A DNA stretch of 64,000 bases from Candidatus Magasanikiibacteriota bacterium (GTDB taxonomy: Bacteria; Patescibacteriota; Patescibacteriia; Magasanikbacterales; UBA922), in NCBI GenBank assembly GCA_014729395.1, contig WJJZ01000010.1, forward strand, positions 23,901-87,900, written 5' to 3'. The notes beneath the pieces were generated by a model that was given only the letters and a program-made list of their open reading frames with translations, made no database searches and was not told where the DNA came from. The first letter of the stretch is position 1, and the number at the start of each line of letters is the position of its first letter. The translations under genes and the position numbers were made by a program. This document shows positions 38,158 to 48,634 of the stretch, one piece after another.

Positions 38158-39459
38158 TTAATCGTCAATTCTCTTAATATTTACACCGATTGTTTGTAAT
38201 CGACCGGCTAAGTCCTCATAACCCCTCTCGATTACATAAATGTTTCGCATAATAGATTTTCCTTTGGCCGCAATCATTCCAATCAAAAGAGCCATGGCCG
38301 GCCTTATCCCATCGGGGGCAATCAGTTCTCTTGCCTTTAAATCGGTTTTACCTTCTACAAACACCCTGTGCGGATCCAGTAATGTTACATTTGCCCCCAG
38401 TTTGGAAAATTCTAAAAAATAGATAGTTCTGTTTTCAAAAACCCAATCATGGATCAATGTTCTTCCTTCTGCTTGGGTGGCGATTGGGACAAAAAATGGA
38501 ACATTGTCTATATTTATACCCGGAAAAGGCATTCCGTGAATTTTATCCGGCAATGCGGTTAATTTTGATGGTAAAATTTCAATATCAACTATATTGAACT
38601 TTTTATTTTTTGATAATCTTTTATTTTTTAATTTGAATTCTTGACCCATTACTCTTAGCTTCTCCAACTCAAGTTCCAAAAAATCGAGTGGACAATTTTC
38701 AATTAATAATTTTGAATTTGTAGTTATGGCAAGAGCAATAAAAGCCATAGCCTCCAGCGGATCCGGCATAATGCTGTACTCAATCGGATTTAAATTCTCA
38801 ACTCCTTCAATTTCCAGAGTATTGGTACCAATTCCCTTTATTTTCGCTCCGGCTTTATTTAAAAAATAACACAGATCCTGAACCATATAATTTGCCGATG
38901 CGAATTTTATCGTAGTCTTGCCTTTGGCCATAGCTGCGGCCATGATTGTATTTTCACTCGGAGTATCTCCGGATTCATACATAACTACTTCCGTCCCTCT
39001 TATCTTACCATTCTCAACTAAATAATGATCATCCTTTGACTCTATGTTTATACCCATTTTCTCCAACGCAAACAAATGGGGTCTAATTGTTCTCAAACCC
39101 AATTTACAACCCCCGGATCGATACAATTTATATTTTTTTACACGAGCAGACAGTGCTCCAAAAAACATTAATGATGAACGCACTTTCATGCATGCATCTT
39201 TGTCTATTTTTTCCAATTTTAATTTAGCACTACTATCAATTTCCAGACTATGATCATCTAGCCAATCATATTTAACACCGATACTTGACAAAATTTCTAA
39301 AATTCTGTTGACTTCTTCAATCTTAGGCATATCATGTAAAATCAGCTTTCCTTTTATCATTGTACTGGCACAAAGAATAGCAACAGCCGAATTTTTGGCT
39401 GTGTTGACTTTAATTGAACCTTTGACTTGTTTACCGCCCTCAATAACAAATGTTGCCAT
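38158..39459 (-). CDS. murA: UDP-N-acetylglucosamine 1-carboxyvinyltransferase
   Basis: KNSAVAIL, GGCKLGLR, ENTIMAA, VFENR, IERGYE. Confidence 0.9.
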   Translation of the reverse strand: MATFVIEGGKQVKGSIKVNTAKNSAVAILCASTMIKGKLILHDMPKIEEVNRILEILSSIGVKYDWLDDHSLEIDSSAKLKLEKIDKDACMKVRSSLMFFGALSARVKKYKLYRSGGCKLGLRTIRPHLFALEKMGINIESKDDHYLVENGKIRGTEVVMYESGDTPSENTIMAAAMAKGKTTIKFASANYMVQDLCYFLNKAGAKIKGIGTNTLEIEGVENLNPIEYSIMPDPLEAMAFIALAITTNSKLLIENCPLDFLELELEKLRVMGQEFKLKNKRLSKNKKFNIVDIEILPSKLTALPDKIHGMPFPGINIDNVPFFVPIATQAEGRTLIHDWVFENRTIYFLEFSKLGANVTLLDPHRVFVEGKTDLKARELIAPDGIRPAMALLIGMIAAKGKSIMRNIYVIERGYEDLAGRLQTIGVNIKRIDD

Positions 39460-39544
39460 AATAATTGATAAATACTGATAAATACGCTATGATTATATCG
39501 TAGATAAAATAATAAATCAAATAAAAAAACTATAAAATTTATTT

Positions 39545-40882
39545 ATGTCTCCGAATAAAAATCGTCTAAATCGACCTATTAGATTGGCAATAATGATCAG
39601 TCTGATTTTTTTATTTTTTATAATATCACCAATTGTTATTCTATATACTACGGGTTATAGATATGATTTTAATAATCGAGAAATATATAAAACAGGTGTG
39701 ATCAGTATCGATGCGGAACCGGAAGATGCCAAAGTTTATCTAAATGATGTTCAGATAAATAAATCCATGCCGATAAGGTTGACTAATCGTGCACCGGGTA
39801 CTTATAAACTGAAAATTCAAAAAGAGGGATATAAAGATTGGGAAAAAGACATCACAGTTGAAAGCACAAAGACAACCTATATAAGAGATATAACTCTTTT
39901 CAAAGATGCTCTGCCTGTCAATATATTGGAAAATATTACCGGAAATATAAAAGATGTGTATTCATCCTATGATGGAAAATATATTCTATTAATAATCGAA
40001 GAAGAAGGTCTTCATGAAATTAAAATTTATAATACCGAGACAGAAGAAATCAATACAATAGCAAGGCGAAACGATGACGATGAAATTGATATCAGCTGGT
40101 CTCCATATAGTAATTATGTATTGATAAAAACCATAAAAAATAATACCACACAAATACAAATACTAAATGTGGAAGACCTGCACTCGGCAAATAACATAAC
40201 AACGGAAAATTTTCAAAATGTTGATTATCAATGGCAAGAAAATACTTTGGCACCTTCTCTTTTTATCAATGACAATGGTATTATTTACCGCATGACAGCT
40301 AACTTTATTAATGAATTTGCCAAAGTTACTTCCACCGATATATGGTATTTTGACAATAATAACGAACTCTGGGTTTATAAAAACAATCCTTCAAGTCTGC
40401 AAAATACCGGTAGAGATAATTTATATTATTCAGTACCTAAAAATATAAATAAAATCGTTGATATAAACGACAGCAGAGCCATTCTTGCATCAGAAAATCA
40501 AGTGTATGTGCTTAATTTAAATGATGATAATGAAAATAATATAACCAAAATTGACTCAAAAGAAATGTTTTTCAACAATAACACCAAAGAGTGGATTTGT
40601 TGGTCAGATTTCGAAATTTGGTCAATTTATGAAAATGGCAATATAAAACTTCTAAATCGAACCGGAGACAAAAATAAATTTATTCGGCCCATGGATGAAT
40701 ACGGCGTTTTGGTGGTTGCCACAGAAAACTCCATTTACGGTTTTAATCCCGGATATTATATAACCCATCAATTATTCTACGGCGAACAAATTGATAAAAT
40801 CGCTGTAAACAAAAAAACCAGGTATATTTATTTCCTGGGAAAAGTCGGACAAAAAAAAGGTTTGTTTAAACTGGAGTATTAA
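39545..40882 (+). CDS. PEGA domain protein with propeller-like C-terminus
   Basis: N-terminal TM, GYRYDF, PEDAKVYLN...PGTYKLKIQKEGYKDW. Confidence 0.8.
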   Translation: MSPNKNRLNRPIRLAIMISLIFLFFIISPIVILYTTGYRYDFNNREIYKTGVISIDAEPEDAKVYLNDVQINKSMPIRLTNRAPGTYKLKIQKEGYKDWEKDITVESTKTTYIRDITLFKDALPVNILENITGNIKDVYSSYDGKYILLIIEEEGLHEIKIYNTETEEINTIARRNDDDEIDISWSPYSNYVLIKTIKNNTTQIQILNVEDLHSANNITTENFQNVDYQWQENTLAPSLFINDNGIIYRMTANFINEFAKVTSTDIWYFDNNNELWVYKNNPSSLQNTGRDNLYYSVPKNINKIVDINDSRAILASENQVYVLNLNDDNENNITKIDSKEMFFNNNTKEWICWSDFEIWSIYENGNIKLLNRTGDKNKFIRPMDEYGVLVVATENSIYGFNPGYYITHQLFYGEQIDKIAVNKKTRYIYFLGKVGQKKGLFKLEY

Positions 40883-40939
40883 ATACTTATACTACGCAGC
40901 CCAATAGTATTTGCTTATTGCAGTCAAGTTGTTTTTTTA

Positions 40940-42025
40940 TTATATCTCAATAATAGTCTTATCACCGATAATCATTTTATGTCCTTCAACATCGGTTTGA
41001 CTTCTTTTAACAAGATTGGCTCCCTTTCCAATTAAACTCTCAAAAATTCTCTTTTCACAGTCAATATTCGCATTTTCCAAAATAATGGAATCATTAATTT
41101 TGGCTTTTTTTACAGTTGAACCTTGCCCAAGACTGACATATGGTCCTATAGTACAATCTTCCAAAACACAATTCGCACCGATAATAACCGGCCCTATTAT
41201 TTTTACATTCTCGGCAATTTTTGTACCAATACCAATCTCAACATTTCCTTTTATATCACAGTTATCATAATTTTGTGCCTGATTGTTGTTAAAATCAAAT
41301 TTATCAAGCAATAACTTACTGGCAATCAGTAAATCAGCCGGTTTACCCGTATCTTTCCACCAACCGGTAATTTCTTTATAACCGACTTTTTTACCGGTTT
41401 TCAAAAAATGTGAATGGATACTTGATATTTCATACTCACCTCGATCGCTTTTCTCTATATTTTCATAAGCTTCAAAGAAAACTTCGGGTCCATATATATA
41501 AATACCGGTCACCGCATAATTATTTGGTGGTGTATCCGGTTTTTCCCAAACATCAACCAAGCGACCGCTATCATCAAACACTGGCACACCAAATCGCTCA
41601 GGGTCATTTACTTTTGACAATGCCAACATACAATCATGATTTCCGCTATTAAACTCTTTTACCATATCGACTACACCCCCCAACAAAACATTATCGGATA
41701 AATAAAACATAAAAGGATCATCGCCAATAAATCTTTCAGCCTGTTTTACAACATGTGCAATTCCCTGAGGCCCGCCTGTTTGTTCAAAAAATTTTATCTT
41801 TATACCCCAGTGACCGCCATCCCCGATATTTTGCCGCAGAGAATCTTCACCCGGATTGGTATTGATATATATTTCTTCAATTCCGGCTTCCACCGCTTTT
41901 TCGATAGCATGAAAAATCATTGGTTTATTGGCAAGCGGCAATAAGTGCTTATTTATTGTTGTCGTGATCGGGTGCAGCCTGGTGGCCCTGCCTCCTCCCG
42001 TTAAAATTGCTTTTCTAATTCTCAT
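40940..42025 (-). CDS. rmlA: Glucose-1-phosphate thymidylyltransferase (long form)
   Basis: GGRATRLHPIT, KHLLPLANKPM, EKP, RGEYEI, WWKDTG, C-terminal beta-helix. Confidence 0.88.
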   Translation of the reverse strand: MRIRKAILTGGGRATRLHPITTTINKHLLPLANKPMIFHAIEKAVEAGIEEIYINTNPGEDSLRQNIGDGGHWGIKIKFFEQTGGPQGIAHVVKQAERFIGDDPFMFYLSDNVLLGGVVDMVKEFNSGNHDCMLALSKVNDPERFGVPVFDDSGRLVDVWEKPDTPPNNYAVTGIYIYGPEVFFEAYENIEKSDRGEYEISSIHSHFLKTGKKVGYKEITGWWKDTGKPADLLIASKLLLDKFDFNNNQAQNYDNCDIKGNVEIGIGTKIAENVKIIGPVIIGANCVLEDCTIGPYVSLGQGSTVKKAKINDSIILENANIDCEKRIFESLIGKGANLVKRSQTDVEGHKMIIGDKTIIEI

Positions 42026-42067
42026 AATTTTTATTTCACTAGTACATCTAAATTTGTGTAGATTATA

Positions 42068-43168
42068 TTACCAAAAAATTATTCTGATTATTATACTGTA
42101 ATAAACTTTCATTATAGGGTTGGCAAAATTTGTCAGTAAAGGATTTTTCATTTCTTTTTCCTGAAACAATATTTCAGATTTGGTATTTTTTAATAATATT
42201 TTATCTTTTACTTTTCTTAATTTTTGTATTTTTTTTCTTTTCTTTAGCCATTTTTTCAAATTGCTTATGTTCAGCCAGTATTTATAAACACGCAACCTCT
42301 CTCTGCTATAACCTTTTTTTAAACTAAAATACCACAAACCCAACTCCAAAACAAAGGCCATTGGCAACAACATTATCAACGTAGCAAATTTAAAGTAAAG
42401 CAGCATTACAGCATGACGATTCCTTTCCATCAAAAAAAATTTTTTCATGCTGCGACCAAATTGATATTTATGAAAAAATACTGAATCACTGGAAAGCATA
42501 ATTTTATATCCGGCCAAACGCATCCTCAGAGATATTTCCAAATCCTCGTGATACATAAAAAAATCTTCATCCCATAAACCCATCTTATCGACCAGGCTAA
42601 GCCTCAACATCATCGCTGCACCGCTCGCATAATCAATTTTTTTGAGTTTAGGTAAATCCACTTCATTTTTCTTTTTACCATACTTATCACAAAAACCGAA
42701 ACCGAGATAATGAAAACTATTGCCGGCACTATTTATCAATTCCGTGTCCGGATAAAGAAGCATAAGTGACTGTAAAATAGCGATTTGTTTATCATGCTCC
42801 ATAGCGTCTACCAACGGTCTGATTGCATTGGAAGCTAAAAAGCCATCGTTATTGTGAAAATATATATAATCAAAATCATTTTTTACCGCCCACTCGGCAC
42901 CTTTGTTATTGCCCCCCGCAAAACCTAAATTTTCCTTTTGCGACAAAATTGTAATAGAAGGTAGTTCATTACCGGACAATGGCATTACATGCTCGTTAAT
43001 ATAGCGGACAAAAGATCCGTCTTCCGGGTGCGGGTTACTTACGATAATCAACTCCATTCTATCTTTAGGATAATCAATTTTTTTTAAAGCGGAAACAGCA
43101 TCATTTATATATGACTCATTATGATAATACAATAAATATACGATTGCCACTTTAGGATTTTGATTCAT
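42068..43168 (-). CDS. Glycosyltransferase family 2
   Basis: NLGFAGGNN, HNND, SGAAMM, FFMYHED. Confidence 0.9.
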   Translation of the reverse strand: MNQNPKVAIVYLLYYHNESYINDAVSALKKIDYPKDRMELIIVSNPHPEDGSFVRYINEHVMPLSGNELPSITILSQKENLGFAGGNNKGAEWAVKNDFDYIYFHNNDGFLASNAIRPLVDAMEHDKQIAILQSLMLLYPDTELINSAGNSFHYLGFGFCDKYGKKKNEVDLPKLKKIDYASGAAMMLRLSLVDKMGLWDEDFFMYHEDLEISLRMRLAGYKIMLSSDSVFFHKYQFGRSMKKFFLMERNRHAVMLLYFKFATLIMLLPMAFVLELGLWYFSLKKGYSRERLRVYKYWLNISNLKKWLKKRKKIQKLRKVKDKILLKNTKSEILFQEKEMKNPLLTNFANPIMKVYYSIIIRIIFW

Positions 43169-43985
43169 AATACTTTTTATTACCCTTCCATTTCCACATA
43201 TAGCGAAACCAGCTTTTTATATGAATTCTGGCTAATTTATTTTTTAACAGAGCCCTTACGACTCCGGGAACTTTGGCCGAACCACGACCGTGTGAATGCT
43301 TTATTACTATATCATGTACATAATATACAGGCCAACCTGATTCCCACATACGCCTGCACAAGTCACTGTCTTCGGCATACATAAAAAAACTTTCATCAAA
43401 TAAGCCAACCTCTTCCAATGCTGCGCTTCTTGCAAACATTGCCGAACCCATTACCCAATCTACCGGTATGGTTTGTTTATGGTCAAAGTCCATCATCAAA
43501 AATTTATTTTTAATTTTCTTGCCCATACCCCGTTCACCCAGCTTGGTGCGGCTGAATATTGGTTGAAAGAAAACCGGAAAACGATAGCATGAATATTGTA
43601 ATGACCCGTCCGGATATATAATTTTTGGTCCAATTAATCCGATTTTTGTATTTTTTTCCATAAAATCATACATTTTTCGAATTGTATTTGCATTTTCAGG
43701 AAATATCGTATCCGGATTTAGTATAAATTGATATTTGGCTGCATGACGTTTTATACCAATATTCTGAGACATACCAAAACCCAAATTCTTTGATTGAGCT
43801 ACAAAATCCATATTCGGGTATTTTTTTCTTATAAATTCACCCACATCATCATTGGAATCATTATCAATCAAAACAATATTTACGTTCAAAGCCGAATTTT
43901 TTATATCATTGGACAATGAAGCAAGACATTTTTCAATGTCATCTTTCATCTTGTAGTTTACAATTGATATGTTTATGTCCTTCAT
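43152..43985 (-). CDS. Glycosyltransferase family 2 (rhamnosyltransferase-like)
   Basis: Start MKDINISIVNY at 43985; IDNDS, LNPD, DWVMGS, FFMYAEDSDLC. Confidence 0.9.
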   Translation of the reverse strand: MKDINISIVNYKMKDDIEKCLASLSNDIKNSALNVNIVLIDNDSNDDVGEFIRKKYPNMDFVAQSKNLGFGMSQNIGIKRHAAKYQFILNPDTIFPENANTIRKMYDFMEKNTKIGLIGPKIIYPDGSLQYSCYRFPVFFQPIFSRTKLGERGMGKKIKNKFLMMDFDHKQTIPVDWVMGSAMFARSAALEEVGLFDESFFMYAEDSDLCRRMWESGWPVYYVHDIVIKHSHGRGSAKVPGVVRALLKNKLARIHIKSWFRYMWKWKGNKKYYESKS

Positions 43986-44007
43986 AATATTATAATGCGG
44001 ATATACG

Positions 44008-44027
44008 CCTGCCTGCCGGCAGGCAGG
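44008..44027. repeat. Perfect 20-bp palindrome CCTGCCTGCCGGCAGGCAGG (copy 2)
   Basis: Within periodic cggat/atccg repeats at 43995-44200; a second palindrome TCCCGC-TGTG-GCGGGA at 44165-44180. Confidence 0.9.
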
Positions 44028-44200
44028 GATGCATCCAGATTTACGGATTGTTTGGTGTATAACCCGATAATATATATTGTTATCCAATATTCGTATCAAC
44101 AAAATTTTCGAATTTGTTAATAATACCTTGGACCAAAATTATACTATCCATGAATCCGGACCTGTCCCGCTGTGGCGGGATTATCTGTATATCCGAATCG

Positions 44201-45280
44201 TTACATCCACCAACGGCGCAACTCACGCCAATTGCTTTTTTTCATCTTATTTACCGCGGAGCGTCTTTTTTTCAAAAAATCCATAGAATTGAACAGATCC
44301 TTCAATCCAAGCAATACTCTTCTATCAATAAATAGATAATACATGAACTTTTGTAATTCATACCATAAAATCCAAGGAAAATCAAGTATAAAATTTTGCC
44401 AGTATTCATTTTTATATAAGGTAGCCAGATGATTTTTATAGCTATAATACTTTACAAAAAAACTTTGTTTTGCCTTCCTCCTATGATTCGATATTCGATT
44501 GTCATTTAAAAATCTTTCGCATGTTCTATCATGAAAAGCTACTGACGATAGCAACATTACAGATTGTCGTCCACTAATTCGTAACCTGTAGGCCAAATCA
44601 ACATCCTCTTTATAGGATTTATAAGACTCATCGAACAATTTAGCATTTTCATAAACTATATTTTCGATATCTGATTTTCTATAAAAAACCAATGCCCCTG
44701 ATAAACCAAATACTTCAATATTGTTCAAACTTCTCAATTTTGCGATCATTTTATTTTTTGATTGGTTTGACCAAATCTCACCGCTTAATTGGTCTACCAC
44801 TTGTCTATTTCTTCTAACTTTTAAACCAAGGGAGTCTATTTTTAAACTAAAACTTTTGTGAAGTCCGCTTTTTTTATTGTTGTCTGGATCTGATGCAACT
44901 TTATTAAAATTCCATTTCAATAATCTGGGTGCGACAGCTGTAATATGAGGGTGATCATCAAGATATTTAACCATGTTATGAATGCAATTCGAAGGTAAAT
45001 AAATATCTTGGTTTATTATTGCAAAATAATCTGTATTTGTTTTTTTATATAACTTATTATGACCCCCGGAAAAACCGCTATTATCTTTACTTTCATATAT
45101 TTTTGTTTGAACACCTAAATTACTCGCTTCATTTTCAATCAATTTAAGGGTATCATCTTCAGAATTATTATCCCATACTTGCAATTTCCAATCCTTAAAA
45201 CTTTGCTTTTTAAGAGAATCAAAAAGATAAGGGATATATTTTGATCCGTTCCAGGTAACAAGATTTACGGTTAACTTCAT
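44201..45280 (-). CDS. Glycosyltransferase family 2
   Basis: VTWNG, DNNSED, GFSGGHN, INQD, YKEDVDL. Confidence 0.9.
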   Translation of the reverse strand: MKLTVNLVTWNGSKYIPYLFDSLKKQSFKDWKLQVWDNNSEDDTLKLIENEASNLGVQTKIYESKDNSGFSGGHNKLYKKTNTDYFAIINQDIYLPSNCIHNMVKYLDDHPHITAVAPRLLKWNFNKVASDPDNNKKSGLHKSFSLKIDSLGLKVRRNRQVVDQLSGEIWSNQSKNKMIAKLRSLNNIEVFGLSGALVFYRKSDIENIVYENAKLFDESYKSYKEDVDLAYRLRISGRQSVMLLSSVAFHDRTCERFLNDNRISNHRRKAKQSFFVKYYSYKNHLATLYKNEYWQNFILDFPWILWYELQKFMYYLFIDRRVLLGLKDLFNSMDFLKKRRSAVNKMKKSNWRELRRWWM

Positions 45281-46122
45281 AATGATTTATTGAACCATGC
45301 AAGTAGCAACCCCACCGGCCTAAACATAGCAATCCATACCCAACTGTACCATGGTTTCCATTTTTTAAAATATTTAAACATACTTTTTGTAAACTGTTTT
45401 TGTTTCCAGAGAGATTCGCGTTTCTTAAAACTTGAACCCACGTAATCAACGCATGTTATTATCGGAGTATAAACAACTTTATAACCATGTTTTTTGGCTT
45501 CCCGACAAAGATCCACATCTTCAAACCAAATAAAATACCGTGGATCAAAACCCCAACCAAGTTCTTCTATCAATTCTCTGCGTACCAACATAAATGAACC
45601 CCGAAGCGAATCCACCTCTTGCTCTAACTCCGGATCAAAATTTTTCATTAAATAATTATCTAAAATATTTGGAAAAATATGATGGATTTTAAAAATCATA
45701 GCGAGCATCTCCCGGGTTTTTGGAAACCTTCTTGGTCCGGCATCAAAATCAAATTCTCCATTTTTATCTATCAATTTACATCCGGCAATTCCAACGTCAT
45801 TTTTTTCTTCCATCCAGTCAACTATTTTTTTAAGACTGTCTTCCTTTAATCTCATATCGGGATTTAAAAATAGAATAAATTTTCCGGATGAAGTTTTTAC
45901 TCCCTGATTATTAGCCGCTGAAAAGCCTTTATTCCCTTTATTTTTAATTAATTTAACATTTTTAAATTTATCTTCAATTATTTGTGTTGTATTATCTGTG
46001 GAACCATTGTCAACTATAATTTGTTCATAATTTAGCCCGGCTGCGCCTAAAACAACCGAACTAATTTGTTCAGCTATTTTATCTGCCGAATTCCATGTGA
46101 CCGTAATAATAGATAAATCCAT
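45277..46122 (-). CDS. Glycosyltransferase family 2
   Basis: VDNGSTD, GFSAANN, LNPD, FIWFEDVDLC. Confidence 0.9.
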   Translation of the reverse strand: MDLSIITVTWNSADKIAEQISSVVLGAAGLNYEQIIVDNGSTDNTTQIIEDKFKNVKLIKNKGNKGFSAANNQGVKTSSGKFILFLNPDMRLKEDSLKKIVDWMEEKNDVGIAGCKLIDKNGEFDFDAGPRRFPKTREMLAMIFKIHHIFPNILDNYLMKNFDPELEQEVDSLRGSFMLVRRELIEELGWGFDPRYFIWFEDVDLCREAKKHGYKVVYTPIITCVDYVGSSFKKRESLWKQKQFTKSMFKYFKKWKPWYSWVWIAMFRPVGLLLAWFNKSL

Positions 46123-46224
46123 AAGTAATTGGTATTTTAGACTAAATTTAGGATAATTTCAAGATTAAAAAACAGCTAGAATATCTTAGCTGAAGTATTT
46201 AAAATGTTAGCTATTATTATTTTA

Positions 46225-46632
46225 TTAATTTTTTTTCTTATTAGATATCAAATTCTCTAAAAAAACAATGTCTTCTTTAGATCCTATCTCATATTGCTTA
46301 AATAATTCAATTTGCTTTTTCTTAAATTCTTTTTCTCTCTTTTGACTTCTGTCTAATCGCTTAAATATTTCAGAGGTCTGGTCCGCTAGCTTATCGTCTA
46401 TGTATGACTTTAAGTCATGCTCCTGTGTATAAAATCGTTTATCGATCTGTTCGAAGCGATCATCCACCATATCGAATCGTTTATCGATCTGTTCGAAGCG
46501 ATCATCAATCAAATCGGATATTTTCGGAATTAAAAATTGATCTGTGTATTCTAATAAAACTTCCAGGGTCACAGCCCTATTCAAATCTGATTCATTACGT
46601 GATTCTTTTTTATTGTCTTTAATATAATTCAT
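46225..46632 (-). CDS. Hypothetical coiled-coil protein with internal repeat
   Basis: DDRFEQIDKRF occurs twice; 32-bp exact repeat at 46433-46464 and 46475-46506. Confidence 0.7.
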   Translation of the reverse strand: MNYIKDNKKESRNESDLNRAVTLEVLLEYTDQFLIPKISDLIDDRFEQIDKRFDMVDDRFEQIDKRFYTQEHDLKSYIDDKLADQTSEIFKRLDRSQKREKEFKKKQIELFKQYEIGSKEDIVFLENLISNKKKN

Positions 46633-46697
46633 ACAAATAAATTATATCCCGATGATATAATTCGGTCAAATAAAATTCGTATAAATTTTTTCTAAAT

Positions 46698-47567
46698 TTA
46701 ACAACTCAAGACTTCATCTGAATTTTTTCCTTGTTTTTTCATTCTCGCATATTTTTCCATTACATCTCTCATTGCTTCGTGGACTTCACGCATTTCTATA
46801 CCGATTTTTTCTAAATTTTCCGAATTCAAAAAATTGTTTGATCGGCCCTTTTTTGCCAGACCTTGCTCAACAAGTTCTTCATTATTTATCCACTTATTAC
46901 TATGGCTTGGATCAACAAATTCTTTGTAGAGCTCTATTATTTCACGGTGTTTTAAAGTACCCGGATTTGTAACATGAAAAATTCCACTCGCTTTTTTTTC
47001 CATCAACTTGTAAAAAACATCTACCATATCGTCTATTATGGTCACGCTGTTTTCCACATCAATTACTTTGGGGAAACTAGCCAACTTGTCTATCATGTTA
47101 TTTGCCGAAGGAATATAATCAATCGGCATTCTAATTCGCGCTATGCCAATATTTTCCATAGTGGAAAGTACCAGATCGGCAGCCCATTTGGCTTTTGAAT
47201 AAACCGCTTTTGGATTGCCAAAATCAGACTCTCGCCATTTTTTATCTTTGTGTGGCGAGTCGCCATAAAAAATACATCCCGAACCAATATGTAATAAATA
47301 AACTCCTCTTTTTTGACAGGCTTCCGCCAAAATAATCGGCAATTTGGTATTTCCAACTATTGTTTCCATTTGGTGGTCTTCACACCAATCAACATTTGGC
47401 TTTCCTCGAACACCGGCGGCATTTAAAATTGCGTCCGGCTGGTGCTCGTCAATCAAATCCAAGACATCTTTTTTAGAATTGATGTGCTTTTCTGCCAAAA
47501 CAGAACCGGGCCATGCTTTTGCACACCTGTTTCCAATATAACCTTTACCGATTATTAGTATTTTCAT
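46698..47567 (-). CDS. NDP-4-keto-6-deoxyglucose epimerase/reductase (NRS/ER-like, RmlD superfamily)
   Basis: GKGYIG, AAG.RGKPNVDWCEDH..ET..GN, GSGCIF, YSKAK, RIRMPI. Confidence 0.75.
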   Translation of the reverse strand: MKILIIGKGYIGNRCAKAWPGSVLAEKHINSKKDVLDLIDEHQPDAILNAAGVRGKPNVDWCEDHQMETIVGNTKLPIILAEACQKRGVYLLHIGSGCIFYGDSPHKDKKWRESDFGNPKAVYSKAKWAADLVLSTMENIGIARIRMPIDYIPSANNMIDKLASFPKVIDVENSVTIIDDMVDVFYKLMEKKASGIFHVTNPGTLKHREIIELYKEFVDPSHSNKWINNEELVEQGLAKKGRSNNFLNSENLEKIGIEMREVHEAMRDVMEKYARMKKQGKNSDEVLSC

Positions 47568-47572
47568 ACAAC

Positions 47573-48580
47573 TTATCTATTAATATACTGTTTTTTATAA
47601 TAATCACGATAATCACCTGAACGAACATCGTCTATCCAATTTTTATTATTTTGATACCAGTCAACAGTTGACCGCAAACCATCCTTAAAACCTATCAATG
47701 GTTCCCACCCCATTTCGGAGGCTATTTTACCATAATCAATAGAATATCTTCTATCATGACCGGGTCTGTCTTTTACATATTCAATATATGAATCATCTTT
47801 ATCCATTAGCTGGATCAGTGTCTTTGTTAGATATAGATTGGTTATTTCACTGTCCTTGCCACCAAGACAATAAGTCTCCCCTTCTTTTCCTTTGTGAATA
47901 ATCATATCAATACCCCTCACATGATCATCTACATGAATCCAGTCTCTTATTTGCTGCCCATCTCCATATACCGGTACTTTTTTATCTTCAAACAAATTAC
48001 AAATAAAAAGAGGTATGATTTTTTCCGGAAATTGATATGGTCCGTAATTATTTGAGCAATTTGATATCGTAACAGGTACTTTGAATGTATGAAAATATGC
48101 CCTTACCAAGTGGTCGGCCGCCGCTTTTGAAGCGGAATAAGGGTTTCGCGGATTGTATGGCGTCATTTCATCAAACGAAGGATCATCAGGACCCAATGCG
48201 CCAAAAACCTCGTCAGTAGAAATATGATGAAATCTCTTATCATATTCTTTTGCCGCCTCCAATAATACCTGTGTGCCCTGAACATTGCTTTTAATAAAAA
48301 TACTCGAATCCATTATTGACCTATCCACATGTGTTTCAGCAGCAAAATTTACCACTACATCAACATCTTTTACCAAATCAAAAACTAAATTCTTGTCACA
48401 AATATCACCTTTAATAAATTTATAATTGGCGCTTCCTTCCAATTTTTTTACATTTTTTAAATTGGCGGCATAATTCAGCTTATCCAAATTAATTATATTG
48501 TAATCCGGATATTTTTCCGCCAAATAAAGTATAAAATTTGATCCTATAAATCCGGCTCCGCCACAAATTAAAATTTTCAT
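47573..48580 (-). CDS. rmlB: dTDP-glucose 4,6-dehydratase
   Basis: GGAGFIG, AAETHVDRSI, STDEV, YSASKA, SNNYGP, DRPGHDRRY. Confidence 0.95.
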   Translation of the reverse strand: MKILICGGAGFIGSNFILYLAEKYPDYNIINLDKLNYAANLKNVKKLEGSANYKFIKGDICDKNLVFDLVKDVDVVVNFAAETHVDRSIMDSSIFIKSNVQGTQVLLEAAKEYDKRFHHISTDEVFGALGPDDPSFDEMTPYNPRNPYSASKAAADHLVRAYFHTFKVPVTISNCSNNYGPYQFPEKIIPLFICNLFEDKKVPVYGDGQQIRDWIHVDDHVRGIDMIIHKGKEGETYCLGGKDSEITNLYLTKTLIQLMDKDDSYIEYVKDRPGHDRRYSIDYGKIASEMGWEPLIGFKDGLRSTVDWYQNNKNWIDDVRSGDYRDYYKKQYINR

Positions 48581-48634
48581 AAATAATTTTTAGACAAAAA
48601 AATTATATCATGCAATATACAAATATTCAAACCA

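Noticed and set aside
43986-44102. N-terminal extension of the GT2 ORF (includes IPACRQAG)
   Set aside because: It is translated palindrome/repeat DNA; the GT2 domain starts at ATG 43985
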